A stretch of 64,000 nucleotides of DNA, filler included, from Stramenopiles sp. TOSAG23-3 (lineage: Eukaryota): the NCBI GenBank assembly GCA_900128585.1. It is 7 parts of 7 records of this genome, joined end to end, with 100 filler letters (N's around TTAATTAATTAA, not from the genome) between each part and the next. Parts side by side here need not be neighbours in the genome. Positions count along the whole stretch, not along the records: positions 36,835 to 45,928 come from LT642956.1; positions 46,029 to 55,117 come from LT642957.1; 5 more parts are not named here. The stretch is one strand, 5' to 3'. Of the stretch, positions 42,844 through 53,733 are shown piece by piece (within the stretch, counting starts at the first letter, position 1; every line of letters begins with the position of its first letter). A model generated the notes under the pieces. It was not told the DNA's origin. It worked only from the letters and a program-made list of their open reading frames with translations, and made no database searches. The translations under genes were made by a program, and so were the position numbers.

Positions 42844-44859
42844 TTAAAAGTCCCGAAACATCGTTTGATTTCCCTTGAAAGCTGCGACACCGGCGTGGAT
42901 ACCTTCCACGTCTACATCTTTGAAGTTGGAGACATCGTCCGGATCTTTGCACTTTGGAATTGTTGGCGGGTCCAATTTCAACTGAACCAGCTGCTCCCAG
43001 TCTAGCTGCTCAAAGAATCTGGTTGCTTTTATTGGCTCGGCCCCCTTATGGCCACAACCATATCGCTTTGATACGTCTAAAGTCAGTAGCCTCTTTATTA
43101 ACGAATTTGCATCCGTTAGCCAAACTTCGTTAAAATGGTCGAATTCCAAATCCCCGGAAACAATGGCGCTGAAGGTATCTGCCACTGTCTCGCGCTGGAA
43201 AGGCAGGTAGCCGTAGATGAACTCGAACACCACATTGCCCAACGCCCAGTAGTCCACGCCTTTTCCGTGCCCACGCCCCAATATCATCTCCGGCGCGATA
43301 TAATCCTGTGTCCCGCACACGGTGAACGATCTCTTGCAACGTTTTGCAAATCCAAAATCTACCAACTTGGCTACCCCGGTGCTACTCACCACAACGTTTT
43401 CGGGCTTTAAATCGCGGTAAATTACATCCTGCTGATGCATGTAGTCTAGCGCCTCCACTATGCACGCCGTGTAGAAGACGGAGTGGTCTCTATCAAAGAC
43501 TTGGTCAGGGCGGTTGACCAGCGCACTAAATAAATCGCCTCCCTGGAGCAGTTCTATCACCAAATAAAGGCAGTCTTTGTCCTGCGCCGTCAAGTATAGC
43601 CGGGGAAGGAACGGGTGGTCCATGCCAGCAAGAAGCAGTTTCTCTCGGACTATGTTTTCCTCCTGCGCCTTTTCCACGACCGTCACCTTTGAGATTTTTT
43701 TCATCGCGTACCGTTCGTCGTTCAACTTGTTCCGAACCAAGAAGACAAAACCAAACGCGCCCCTTCCTAGAACCCCGCGGGTTTCCAAGTCTTGCAGTCC
43801 GCACTTGTACGACATTGACTCCTCGTGCGTTTTGCGCCTTTGTTGCTCACTTTTATCTTGCTCTACCCTTGTTTCATTTAATATATTTTTCAACGGCCCG
43901 ATAAGGTAGTTGAACGCCTCCCGATCAATCGCGCCGCACTTGAGGTTTCCCTTCGCGACCACCGTCGCCGACCGAGGCTCGTCACTGAGCAGTGCACGCT
44001 CTCCAAAAAAACTGTACTGTCCAATCGTTCGGACAAAAATTGGGTTCTTGGTCTTCTCGTCGTCCCACACGTACACGTTTGCCTCCCCGTCTAGCACCAT
44101 GTAGAAAACATTTCCAGGGTCCCCTTGCTTGATCACGGACGTCCCATCGGGGATCATGACCTCTTGGACACCGTCCGTTAACAATCGAAAGTCGTTCTCT
44201 TTTAACTCTTTCAACATTGGAATGTTCTTGAGCACGTTGGAGATATCTCCGTGCCATGCAATATCCTGAGACGCCAGACTTCTTCGAAATATCTGAGACT
44301 CTAACGCCCACAGCTCGCACTGCTCGGTGGCAACGATAGAGGCCGACCTGGGCTCGCTGTAAAGGAGCGCGAGCTCTCCGAAAGAGGTCCCCGATGGCAA
44401 CACTTTGTTCAAGTCCTTGTTGTCAACAATGACCTTGGCCGACCCCTTCTCTAGGACGTAAAAGTGTGTCCCCTGTTCGCCTTGGGTTATGATGTTTTTT
44501 CCGGAGGGGACGACCACTTTTTCCATAAAACTCAACGTGGACATGATTGACGACGGGGGCAGCGCGTGAAACAAAAAGTGGGTCTCAAGTGCACGTTTTA
44601 TTGTTTTTATTGTCTCCTCCAACTTGGGGACTGGGTTGGGGTTTACAATCGCCCCTGATTTGCTAATGTCAAGGGCGTTAAGGCGGGCCCCCCCCGTGAT
44701 ACCTCCTGTCCTTCCCTTTTTCTTTCTGCGAGCTTTCATCTGAGCAGCAACTAACGTTTCGGACGATGCCTTCGAGCTCAAATCTTTCATCAGCTGTGCT
44801 TCCTTGTCCTCGCTAGGTTCGTATTTTGACTTTACCGTCGTCGATTGACCGCCCCCCAT
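42844..44859 (-). CDS. Cyclic-nucleotide-dependent protein kinase (PKG-like: two cNMP-binding domains plus AGC kinase)
   Basis: MGGGQS myristoylation-like start; FGELALLYSEPRSAS and FGERALLSDEPRSAT; GRGAFG, YAMK, YRDLKPEN, DFG, APE; AGC tail. Confidence 0.95.
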   Translation of the reverse strand: MGGGQSTTVKSKYEPSEDKEAQLMKDLSSKASSETLVAAQMKARRKKKGRTGGITGGARLNALDISKSGAIVNPNPVPKLEETIKTIKRALETHFLFHALPPSSIMSTLSFMEKVVVPSGKNIITQGEQGTHFYVLEKGSAKVIVDNKDLNKVLPSGTSFGELALLYSEPRSASIVATEQCELWALESQIFRRSLASQDIAWHGDISNVLKNIPMLKELKENDFRLLTDGVQEVMIPDGTSVIKQGDPGNVFYMVLDGEANVYVWDDEKTKNPIFVRTIGQYSFFGERALLSDEPRSATVVAKGNLKCGAIDREAFNYLIGPLKNILNETRVEQDKSEQQRRKTHEESMSYKCGLQDLETRGVLGRGAFGFVFLVRNKLNDERYAMKKISKVTVVEKAQEENIVREKLLLAGMDHPFLPRLYLTAQDKDCLYLVIELLQGGDLFSALVNRPDQVFDRDHSVFYTACIVEALDYMHQQDVIYRDLKPENVVVSSTGVAKLVDFGFAKRCKRSFTVCGTQDYIAPEMILGRGHGKGVDYWALGNVVFEFIYGYLPFQRETVADTFSAIVSGDLEFDHFNEVWLTDANSLIKRLLTLDVSKRYGCGHKGAEPIKATRFFEQLDWEQLVQLKLDPPTIPKCKDPDDVSNFKDVDVEGIHAGVAAFKGNQTMFRDF

Positions 44860-45775
44860 GTTTGCCAAACTTTTTGTATCAAAAAAAAAGGGGGTTGATG
44901 GTGGAAAGGCCTGGGTTTTACAACGTTGAATTCGCTCTAAATGTTCTCATTGGGTGTAACATTTCGTTTCATGGTGTATATGGTCCATTGCTTTTCTTCG
45001 TATAATATTAATATTTGTATATTATTATTTTATAGTACGAGCGAGTATATTATTTATTTATATAATAATTTATTATATTATCTTCTACTACTTACTAAAC
45101 AACGACTAATTTTTGTTTGCCTACCGTACGTTACCCCTTACCTATTACAATATATAATACCTCCTGTACCGGAACTATTTTTTCATATTGATCTTTTTTT
45201 TTTTATTCGTTGTTTCATCTTTTATAAAAATCTCATATAAATTGCAGGCACTTGAACCAATATTAATTAATATAGGAATAGATAGTAAACCTCCTCTCAT
45301 TTTTGAGTCATCTGTGTTCATCTGCTCTGTAATGTTGTTATATAAAATATATTATAAAATAGTCATAATACAACAGCTAATAATGTATTACATTTTAAAT
45401 CGATGCTCTATCCTGGGCATTTATTTACCTCCATGTTGATTGGCTTTTATTCTTCTATATCTTCGTATCTTTTATTAATATTACAATAGCTAGACACTAT
45501 TATAATATGGTGCCAATTAAATTATAATTAAAATTAATAATTTTAATAGGCCTTATAGAACAAAATCTGTATAGATTATTGCTGTCTACGGTTTGAGGTC
45601 TTATTTTTTTGGTTGGTAGGTACCTGGGTCGTACCGTACGATACGGTACGGGTACCGGTACGAAATTGTAGTAAGGGTGAAGACAATTAATTTATTGGAT
45701 TTTTAATAATAATATATGCAGGCATGAGTCCAATGAGCCTCGTTTTATGTACATAACAAAATCCTTGTGGGAATT

Positions 45776-45928
45776 TTATTTTCTCTTTGACTTGTTCTCT
45801 TTGCTCCGGTTTCTGCGCTTGCCACCTCGCAACCCCTTTCGCTTCGTTGGTCCCTTTGGTTGTTTAGGGGCATCGGAATCGTACGGGAAGGGTGAGTTTC
45901 CTCCGTTCATCATGTCTTGAGCTGGTGC
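45776..45928 (-). CDS. C-terminal fragment of an unknown protein with a basic tail
   Basis: Manual translation from the contig end: APAQDMMNGGNSPFPYDSDAPKQPKGPTKRKGLRGGKRRNRSKENKSKRK-stop; coding-like GC content. Confidence 0.6.
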   Translation of the reverse strand, partial: APAQDMMNGGNSPFPYDSDAPKQPKGPTKRKGLRGGKRRNRSKENKSKRK

Positions 45929-46028
45929 NNNNNNNNNNNNNNNNNNNNNNNNNNNNNNNNNNNNNNNNNNNNTTAATTAATTAANNNNNNNNNNNNNNNN
46001 NNNNNNNNNNNNNNNNNNNNNNNNNNNN
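45929..46028. other. Artificial contig linker
   Basis: N44-TTAATTAATTAA-N44. Confidence 0.99.
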
Positions 46029-47192
46029 AGTTGTGTCGGGACCGTACTCCCTTCGATACAAATCCAACGGAGCCTCGCGCCCATGAGGAACAACAACATA
46101 ATCTGGCTCTAAATCTTCAGAGATCTGCCCTTCTTTCACTACACACAACTTTCCTTTCAATATCGCCTGTGCCCTCTCAAAATCAAAAATGGCGTGGAAT
46201 TTCGTTTGACTATCCACCAAGTTTTTAGTCAGCACAGGAATGTCCAACGATAGACCCGGCATGATTAAAGTCCGCTCTACGGCATACGAAATTGCCATTA
46301 TTTGAACTATCTCGTTCATCTGGTTGTTTAACCCTCCCATGGGTGGACGCGCAACAAGAAACTTCTCGTTTGGGTCATCTAAATTGCAATCTCTTCTGTC
46401 GTACTGGGGTTGCGTTGCGAAGTAGTTCCGGTCTATAGTTTCCTCGTCAACGTATGAATAGTTCTGAAATGCTCCGATCGGTTCGTTTACATCTCGTTGG
46501 TAAAAACTCTTCATTCTGAGAATATTTTGCGCATGGGTGCGGGTACTTTTGCTTTCCTTCCGTAAGCCTAAATCCCGCTGCACTTCTGCTAAATCATAGA
46601 GCTCGGCAGGGTTTATCTTGTAATGTATTTCTCCTGCGTTATGACCAACTTCCGAATGATATTCATCCCATGCGTAAAAAAACCATTTGCTCTGCATGTG
46701 AGAGAGCCACTGTGTCGTTGGGAAGAGGGTAGAAGCTTCCAACACGTTTAGTGTACGAATCACATGAAAGCCCACCGAAAGCGCAACCCTAATTTCCGCA
46801 TACGACTGCGCCTCGCCGCTCTTTGCCAGGTCGCACAGGTTATATTTCGAGGAAAAATCTTCGTCCATTTGCAGTACAAAGTTTGCCGTTTTGCACAGAC
46901 CAAGGTACTGCAGGACCCAAACGTTTTGAAACCCAATTGAAACCGGGATCGATTTATGCCGCTCGGGTTCAGGTGTAACCTTGGACATGTTTTTTAACCC
47001 TGGGATGTCAACACTAGCCGCAACTTCAAAATACCCGATTCGAAGCCCCTTGTGACAAACACCTGCATGAGGCTCAGCATACGTTTTCTCGATAAAGCGG
47101 TGGTAGCGTTCTATATCCGCCTCGGTGCGGCCTTGTGCGGTGGAGAGTGCAAAGAAAGACCACACCAAGATTTTGAAAAGAAAGACCTTCAT
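46029..47192 (-). CDS. Secretory-pathway protein with O-fucosyltransferase-like (GT-B) domain, 3' truncated
   Basis: Signal peptide MKVFLFKILVWSFFALSTA; GGLNNQMNEIVQIMAISYAVERTLIMP and FHAIFDFE resemble the O-FucT N-terminal motifs. The upstream part of the called ORF is AT-rich intergenic sequence. Confidence 0.75.
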
Positions 47193-47792
47193 GCCTCTCT
47201 CTCTTTTTTGTTGATGGCTAATATCTAATTCATCGATCCATTTAAAAACAGGAATGCTACGTATGACTTCTATACTCGAGATATGAGTAGTTGTCTCGTT
47301 TGGTTTAATTGTGGCATCATCAAATATCATCCATCCATCAACAAACAAAACAAACAAAACAAGAAGAGATTCAAGATTCTCTCTTCTCAAAAAAAGAAGA
47401 AGAATGCTGATTGATACCCCCCCATAATAATAATAAATATGTTCATACACCATATTGGTTGGACTCATATAATTATATAAGTACAGCATGGCATAATATG
47501 AGAGATTGTGATTGGGATATGAGATGATGGTGGAGGATGATGATAGTCTATTTATAAATATTTTATAATAAAAAATATAATAATAATAATGCAATCGACA
47601 ACAAGAAGATCGCAATTAACAAAGATCGGTTTGGGAATAATTTTCATTAACTAGGAATGTAATATAGAATGTCCCATTAGTTTTTCAACAAAAAGAGTGC
47701 AAACAGTATAGGTCATTAATAGATTTGTACTATATTTACCGAGAACATTAATTCACACCGAAACAGTACATTTGCATGATTGGATTTGAGAC

Positions 47793-49823
47793 ATGAGGCG
47801 TCTCGGCAATGATAAACGTGGTGGGGGGGGGAGAACTCGGCGGAAAAAAAGAGGAAATCAACATCGTTCAATATATGATCGAGTTATTAAAACGTCGGAT
47901 CGCATTTTGAAAGAACTTGGGGCGTACGAACAGTCCTCTGGAGCTTTTTCTTCGCCCAAACCATTACCGAATGAAACAGCCCGTCCGGGGGCTCTCAATG
48001 AAAACGATGATGACAATGACGAGGGAACACTTTTGAAACTGTTACAATATAGGGAACGAAAGGACATGGCCATGGATTGTGCACGGGCGGCATTGAATAA
48101 GGTAAAGCAGTTGAAGACGCAGCTGAACGATGCTAAAGATACAGAATATATTCTATTGGACAAAATTCTCGAATTAGAGGATAATGCACTTGTGCAAACA
48201 GAAGGGTCGGCGACACCAGAAATCTACCATACGCCCCCTGGCCATGGTAATGTGGAGGCACCTGGGAACGTCGCAGAAGAAAGCTTTGGTGAAAAAGTCA
48301 GCACTGGTACGTTTTTACATAATTTGGTCGACGAAGCTATTACAGAAGACATTGCCCAGCAACTAAACGCCCAACACGTTCCGAAGATCATACGCCGGAA
48401 TTCCTCCATGGGGGCTACCCCGCAACATCTTGAAAATTCTACGCCGGTACAAGACAAAAAAGTACATGAAATGCCCTTCGTGGAGCCAAAGTTGCGTTCG
48501 TCCTTGTCTTCGCCAGTACCATTTCGATACGATCCGGCGACCCCTTCGCGGAGTGGAAAAAGCGCTAGGCCGTCATCTCCTTCGACAATAACCGTGCCTG
48601 CAGCCTCTAAGGCCACTTCGCCCATTGAGGTGAACCAGGTCTCTACCGCACAGTCCCCAATAAAGATACCAATGGAGTCCACGGCAACCTCGCCGATTAA
48701 ACATAGCGCGGGGGCACAAATCAATAATTTATATTCGAGCGGAACGTCACCGATTCCACAGAGCGTTCGGTCGGTGTCTTCTTCGCCAATTAAAATTAAT
48801 GTAGACAGCATTGGCTCTTCACCGATCAGAAGAGATACTGCGTCTAAGGCGTCTTCGCCAATTTGCAACCGTGTGCACTCGACAGCATCGTCACCAATAA
48901 AACAAAGCGTGCACTCGACAGCATCGTCGCCTATAAAGCAAAGCGTGCACTCGACAGCATCGTCACCGATGAGATCTGGCACCAGGTCTTCAGCATGCTC
49001 GCCAATAAAGCCAAAATTGCAGAATGCAGCAACGTCTCCAAAGAAATTGAACACCAAGAACGTGGCATCTTCGCCCGTAAAACAGCAGAGACCATCAAAG
49101 GCGTCTTCTCCCATTAGACACGCAACGAACACGTCAGCAACGTCCCCATTTAGACAAAAGGTAACATCGATGGCCACCTCTCCGTTTCGTGGCATGAATA
49201 TGGTCGGGCACCATGCCATGACCACCCAAACCGACGGTATCTTTGAGCATTCGCTGGATTTGCTTCCGCCAAGGGTACGGAAAGCGCCGATCGCCAGTGT
49301 AGGGACCCAATGCATATTGTTGCGAAATCGAGCAAGAAGGCAAACGTTCGAAAAAAAGACCCAAACGAACATAATTGAGCTCGACAAGAAGCCGAAACAA
49401 AACTCGGTTTCTCTTCAAACTAGAACAGAAATGAAATCCAAAAGTTGCTCCGTCAAACCGCGCTTGCATGAATTTGCCTCTCAGACTACCCGTTCATCAT
49501 TTGAGTGGGCACCTTCCAAAGAGTCGTCGTGCAACATTATCTCTGTGACCGATATGGATGCTTTAGAAAGCGAACGAAATGTGCTGGAGAAGGTGCTCGC
49601 CCAAGATCGAAATATGGCTGCCCTGAAACTCAGTGTAATGCAGAAGAGGCTGGGCGAACTTGAAGCTGAGAAAGAGAAACTTGCTGCGGAGCAAAGCCGT
49701 ACGATACTGAAAGTGAAACACCTTCTTGATGAAAACGACAATTATTTCCATAAGATTGCCACCCTGGAGTTGAGAAACGAGCTCCTGCATCGTGCATTAA
49801 ACGAGCTGAAGAATTCAATATAA
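47793..49823 (+). CDS. Protein with terminal coiled coils and a central array of 11-aa (T/S)SP repeats plus TQT motifs
   Basis: 676 aa ORF; near-exact 33-nt tandem repeats at ~48870-48970. Confidence 0.88.
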   Translation: MRRLGNDKRGGGGRTRRKKRGNQHRSIYDRVIKTSDRILKELGAYEQSSGAFSSPKPLPNETARPGALNENDDDNDEGTLLKLLQYRERKDMAMDCARAALNKVKQLKTQLNDAKDTEYILLDKILELEDNALVQTEGSATPEIYHTPPGHGNVEAPGNVAEESFGEKVSTGTFLHNLVDEAITEDIAQQLNAQHVPKIIRRNSSMGATPQHLENSTPVQDKKVHEMPFVEPKLRSSLSSPVPFRYDPATPSRSGKSARPSSPSTITVPAASKATSPIEVNQVSTAQSPIKIPMESTATSPIKHSAGAQINNLYSSGTSPIPQSVRSVSSSPIKINVDSIGSSPIRRDTASKASSPICNRVHSTASSPIKQSVHSTASSPIKQSVHSTASSPMRSGTRSSACSPIKPKLQNAATSPKKLNTKNVASSPVKQQRPSKASSPIRHATNTSATSPFRQKVTSMATSPFRGMNMVGHHAMTTQTDGIFEHSLDLLPPRVRKAPIASVGTQCILLRNRARRQTFEKKTQTNIIELDKKPKQNSVSLQTRTEMKSKSCSVKPRLHEFASQTTRSSFEWAPSKESSCNIISVTDMDALESERNVLEKVLAQDRNMAALKLSVMQKRLGELEAEKEKLAAEQSRTILKVKHLLDENDNYFHKIATLELRNELLHRALNELKNSI

Positions 49824-50130
49824 AAAACTGTGCGATGGGCCTTTCTGGGTTTTGTAAATTTATTACGTATCATACGATATATGCATAATTATTTAATCAA
49901 TCTTAAAATGCGAAGTTTCGTGAGTGTTTAGCACATTAGCGGCTACCGAGAAAGAAACACACAAGCGCGATCCCATATTCTCACATATGCGAGTGATAGA
50001 GGAGCGCTCTGATTTGGCTGCACTTTCATGCGCGTGTGTTCACGCTTATTTTCATGATATTCTCTTTATAGAAAAGAGCGATATGCAAAATGAAAACCTC
50101 GTCCTTTCGCCGGCTAACTCTATTCACACT

Positions 50131-51237
50131 TTATGCCAGTATGACTTTCATGTTGGAGCTTTTCCCCTCAAATGGCATTGTTTTGGCGCTCTGTTCCGCC
50201 GTCTTTGCGCCCGTTGGGTAACTTGCGGACAAGGAAATCCCACACATGTTCTTGCCGCGAACCATGCGAATGTAACCCTGCTCACCCCAGGTTGCTCCCC
50301 ACGAATTCTTTACTTTCCAGTAGTCTTTTCCAGTGTCAGTGCCGTAACCAACAAGCAAGACACCATGGTCCAGGGTGGTCCCGCAGGCACTGTTATCAAA
50401 GACGCCCCCTTTGTAAAATTGAAAGGCGGGCTTGTCTGCTTCAATGGCAATCGAAACTGGACCTTTGGCGGCGGCGTACTGAAGGCTCTTTTCGTCGTTC
50501 TTGGGTACGTCTTCGTGCCCGCTGATAGCAACAACTTTTTTGCATGATTTTTGGCACGTCCCTTGTGCTGCCTTGTAAGGGTACTCGGCTTCACTGCATA
50601 TGCCGCCATTTTGAACAATGAATTCAAAGGCATTGTCCATCAGCCCACCGTTGCAACCATTGTCGTCCACAGTGTTGCAATCAACCAGATCTTGTTCAGA
50701 CAAGGAGACCAAGTTTCCGGTGGCGATTTGGTATGCACCTTCAACAGCGCCAGTGGTGGAGAAGCTCCAGCAGGAACCGCACTGGCCTTGGTTTTTCGGG
50801 TCGGTAACAGCCCCTCTCGCAACCCAATCAACAGAATCGGGCGCAGGCGCGGAACTCTGCAGGTTCTTGTTGTAGTTCTTCGTGCGTCGCAAGTACTTTT
50901 CTTTGTTCCTGTAACCGGTGAATTGTTTCACAAATTCGGCCGAAGTTAAGTGGGAGAACTCGTTGTGGGCTACGGTGTAGGAGTGGCCTTCCTTGTTATG
51001 CGAAACAATGAACAAATCGTTCTTTGCAAATGTCAGCATGGCCTTAGCCTCGTCTTCCAAGCTTTCGAAATCTTTCTCAAACTTTCGTTTCCAAACTTGA
51101 AATTTCGTCTTCAAATCGATCAATTCGCTTTCCAAGTTAAAGCCTTGATAGTTGATATCGAAGGCGGCGGCGCATGCTCCAAAGGAAAGGAGAACAGCGG
51201 CCGCCAAAAGGAACGTTGCTGTTGCTTGGGGTTTCAT
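50131..51237 (-). CDS. Cathepsin L-like papain (C1A) cysteine protease
   Basis: Signal peptide, I29 propeptide, DSVDW, QGQCGSCWSFS, LSEQDLVDC, LDHGVLLVGYG, YWKVKNSWG. Confidence 0.96.
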   Translation of the reverse strand: MKPQATATFLLAAAVLLSFGACAAAFDINYQGFNLESELIDLKTKFQVWKRKFEKDFESLEDEAKAMLTFAKNDLFIVSHNKEGHSYTVAHNEFSHLTSAEFVKQFTGYRNKEKYLRRTKNYNKNLQSSAPAPDSVDWVARGAVTDPKNQGQCGSCWSFSTTGAVEGAYQIATGNLVSLSEQDLVDCNTVDDNGCNGGLMDNAFEFIVQNGGICSEAEYPYKAAQGTCQKSCKKVVAISGHEDVPKNDEKSLQYAAAKGPVSIAIEADKPAFQFYKGGVFDNSACGTTLDHGVLLVGYGTDTGKDYWKVKNSWGATWGEQGYIRMVRGKNMCGISLSASYPTGAKTAEQSAKTMPFEGKSSNMKVILA

Positions 51238-52512
51238 TGTTGTCGTTCGTTTGTGGGTTGAATAATAATAGCTTTTAAACTTAATTTGTTCAATGAGTTT
51301 CTTCCGTTTAATGCACACTATTTCATTTTGATTTTCATCGTAATGAAGCACAGACTATAATGCTGGAATCAAACAATAATAGAAGAAGGTGGTGAGATGA
51401 TGGAATGAAAGAAAAAAATGAAGAAAATGTATATTTTATTATTTATATATTCACATACATTTTGATACCAATGCTGTGTCAATATTAAAATAAAACTTTT
51501 TTTCTTCGGGAACACCACCTCAGGGGAACCATTAAAAATAAAACAATATAGCAGGTTCAAACAATAAAGAAAACATTATTAAAAAATTGTATTTTCTTTT
51601 TTTTTGTAAAAATTTTATTAAAAAAAAATGTGATGATGCGCCATTTTATTTAATGATGCTGTGTAGTGTAGTGTAGTGTACGAAATATTGCGAAAAGAGA
51701 GGAGTAGAGCTGAAGAAAAGAGCTGAAGTAAGCTAGCTACGAGGAATAAGAGAGAAAAAAAGAAGAAAGAAAGAAGAAGAAAAAAACAACAAAAGAAATT
51801 TCTTTTTTTTTTTCTTCTTCTTTTTAGATTAATTAATTACACGCACAAGATATCTCGTAGTCGTCTAAATACTAATGAACAACAACGAACGAACAACACA
51901 CAACAGAAAAGAAAATTGAGGAAGAAGAAGATACCTATTCATTAATAGACTAGTCGTTCTAAGTTCTAATTAAAAATAATAAAAATTACGAAATCGACTT
52001 CTTCATATAATAATATTATAAATACATGTATTTCTCTTCATATTTTATTCTTTTGACTTGCTTTTCTTCTCCTCGTAGCTTCTTAAGCTAGGAAATTCCA
52101 ATTACGTAGAACTAAGGTTATTTACATAAGGACAGCATTGTTTAAAAAGTATATTGTAACGCATCTATAAAACTATGTACAAAACAATAAACAAAATGTA
52201 TCATCATCTTGACTTGACATCTTGACCCACATATTCATTCCTTTATTTTTTAACTTTGATGTTGTGTTGTTGTACTGGTAGTTCCTATATCTTTCTTAGT
52301 AGTATAATATTGATGATCGATCGATGATGATGATGATGGTGGTGGATGAGATCGATGAATTTATTATTATTATATTTATTATTTTATGAAGAATAAAAAA
52401 TGTGTTGTAACGAATTGGTATTAACTCCTCGTTGTAGGAAAGTATTTGTTCAAATATAAACAAGTTCCCTAATATAGAATGAATGAGAATCTTTCCGTTT
52501 GTAACGTTTCGC

Positions 52513-53546
52513 ATGTCGACGTGGCGTAAGAAAAAGGGCCAAAAATTCTTCTCCCCGCCATCGAATAGGATTCGGCAGAGACGGGGGAAGGGGAAGAAGG
52601 CTTTGCAAAAGTCTCACTCGTGGTACCCGGAGCGTCCCGACACGGCGTCCTTCTCTTCCGCGGCTGATCTAATTGCACAAGTCCGCTACGAAGCACTGAT
52701 CGAAGCGAGGGCCAAGACGATTGCAAAACGTCATTGGGGCAACATTTTTAAACAGAAACAGAAGGAAGAACACAACCTTGCTGTTGCCCACCACTATGGA
52801 GTCGATCCCAACATTAGACGATACATGATCGACACCCCCGATGAATTAAAAAAGACCGGGTTTTTGGAGCCGTTGAATGAACTGGGAGAGCTGCCGACGG
52901 AGGCTGAAATGAAGAAACTCGCCGACGAGGACGCTGCAGTAGGGAGTATAGATCGGTTTGACCGAAAAATCCGATTGGAGCATTTGTCCCACTCCTTTTA
53001 TGAGTCGCGAATGCTGAAAAAAAAGTTGACAGAGCTTCAAATAGAGTGGGACGAAAAGGTAAAGAATAGAAAAGAGCAACGACAACGGGAATACCCCAAA
53101 ACAAAAAGAAGCCGAACAGGTTCTCCCCCTCATCGAGCACTACAGGGCTAAAAAAAATAGAGTCGTTTCTCGCACGTCACAATCACAAGGAGCTAAGTGG
53201 AAAACTTCACCGCGAGCGGATGGAAGCGGTCAAGGCGAGAGAGCGTCGAAAGAAGAGGAAACGAAACAAATTAGGGAATCAATGCTACCTGACGGAACCT
53301 CCTGACCTACTTTTTGAAGAAGATAAAAAAGCTTATACCCCAAATGCCATGGCTAAGCATTATCCAACTAGAAGAACTTGCCATGCCTCCGAAATCGCAG
53401 CACAACGCGCAACTAGGGATTTAAAAATTGTGCTTCCCCCGGTGCCTGACGCGCACAAGTCTCAATGGAAACAGTTAGATGGTGGGGGCGTGGAGGCAAT
53501 CATTTCCGGCGGGAAACGCATTCGAACAAATTATCGTTGGCGGTAA
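52513..53546 (+). CDS. Unknown basic/coiled-coil protein split by a single frameshift
   Basis: ORF1 (to 53151) and the frame of ORF2 (open from 53070) overlap by ~80 nt; coding-like composition is continuous, with no AT-rich spacer between them. Confidence 0.7.
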
Positions 53547-53733
53547 GTCGGCCAATGTAAAGAAAAAGTATGTTGGCCATAGTTTAAGAACAAGACACAC
53601 TTTACACCAACTTCGTATCCCATTGCTTAACTGGATTTAACATTTGATAGTAATTTAAAAATTAAAGTGAAAAACTAAAAATCCACACACCCCACTTTTA
53701 AACTTTTAGTTCTCCCCAGTTCCCAGGGCACAT

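Noticed and set aside
47193..47615. Long N-terminal extensions of called ORFs (also 51238-51351, 3168-3224, 36165-36236)
   Set aside because: Non-ATG starts in intergenic sequence; downstream ATGs begin clean signal peptides.
53149..53220. Stop-codon readthrough or alternative genetic code linking the two ORFs
   Set aside because: The downstream ORF is in a different frame, and TAA, TAG and TGA all terminate conserved genes correctly elsewhere.
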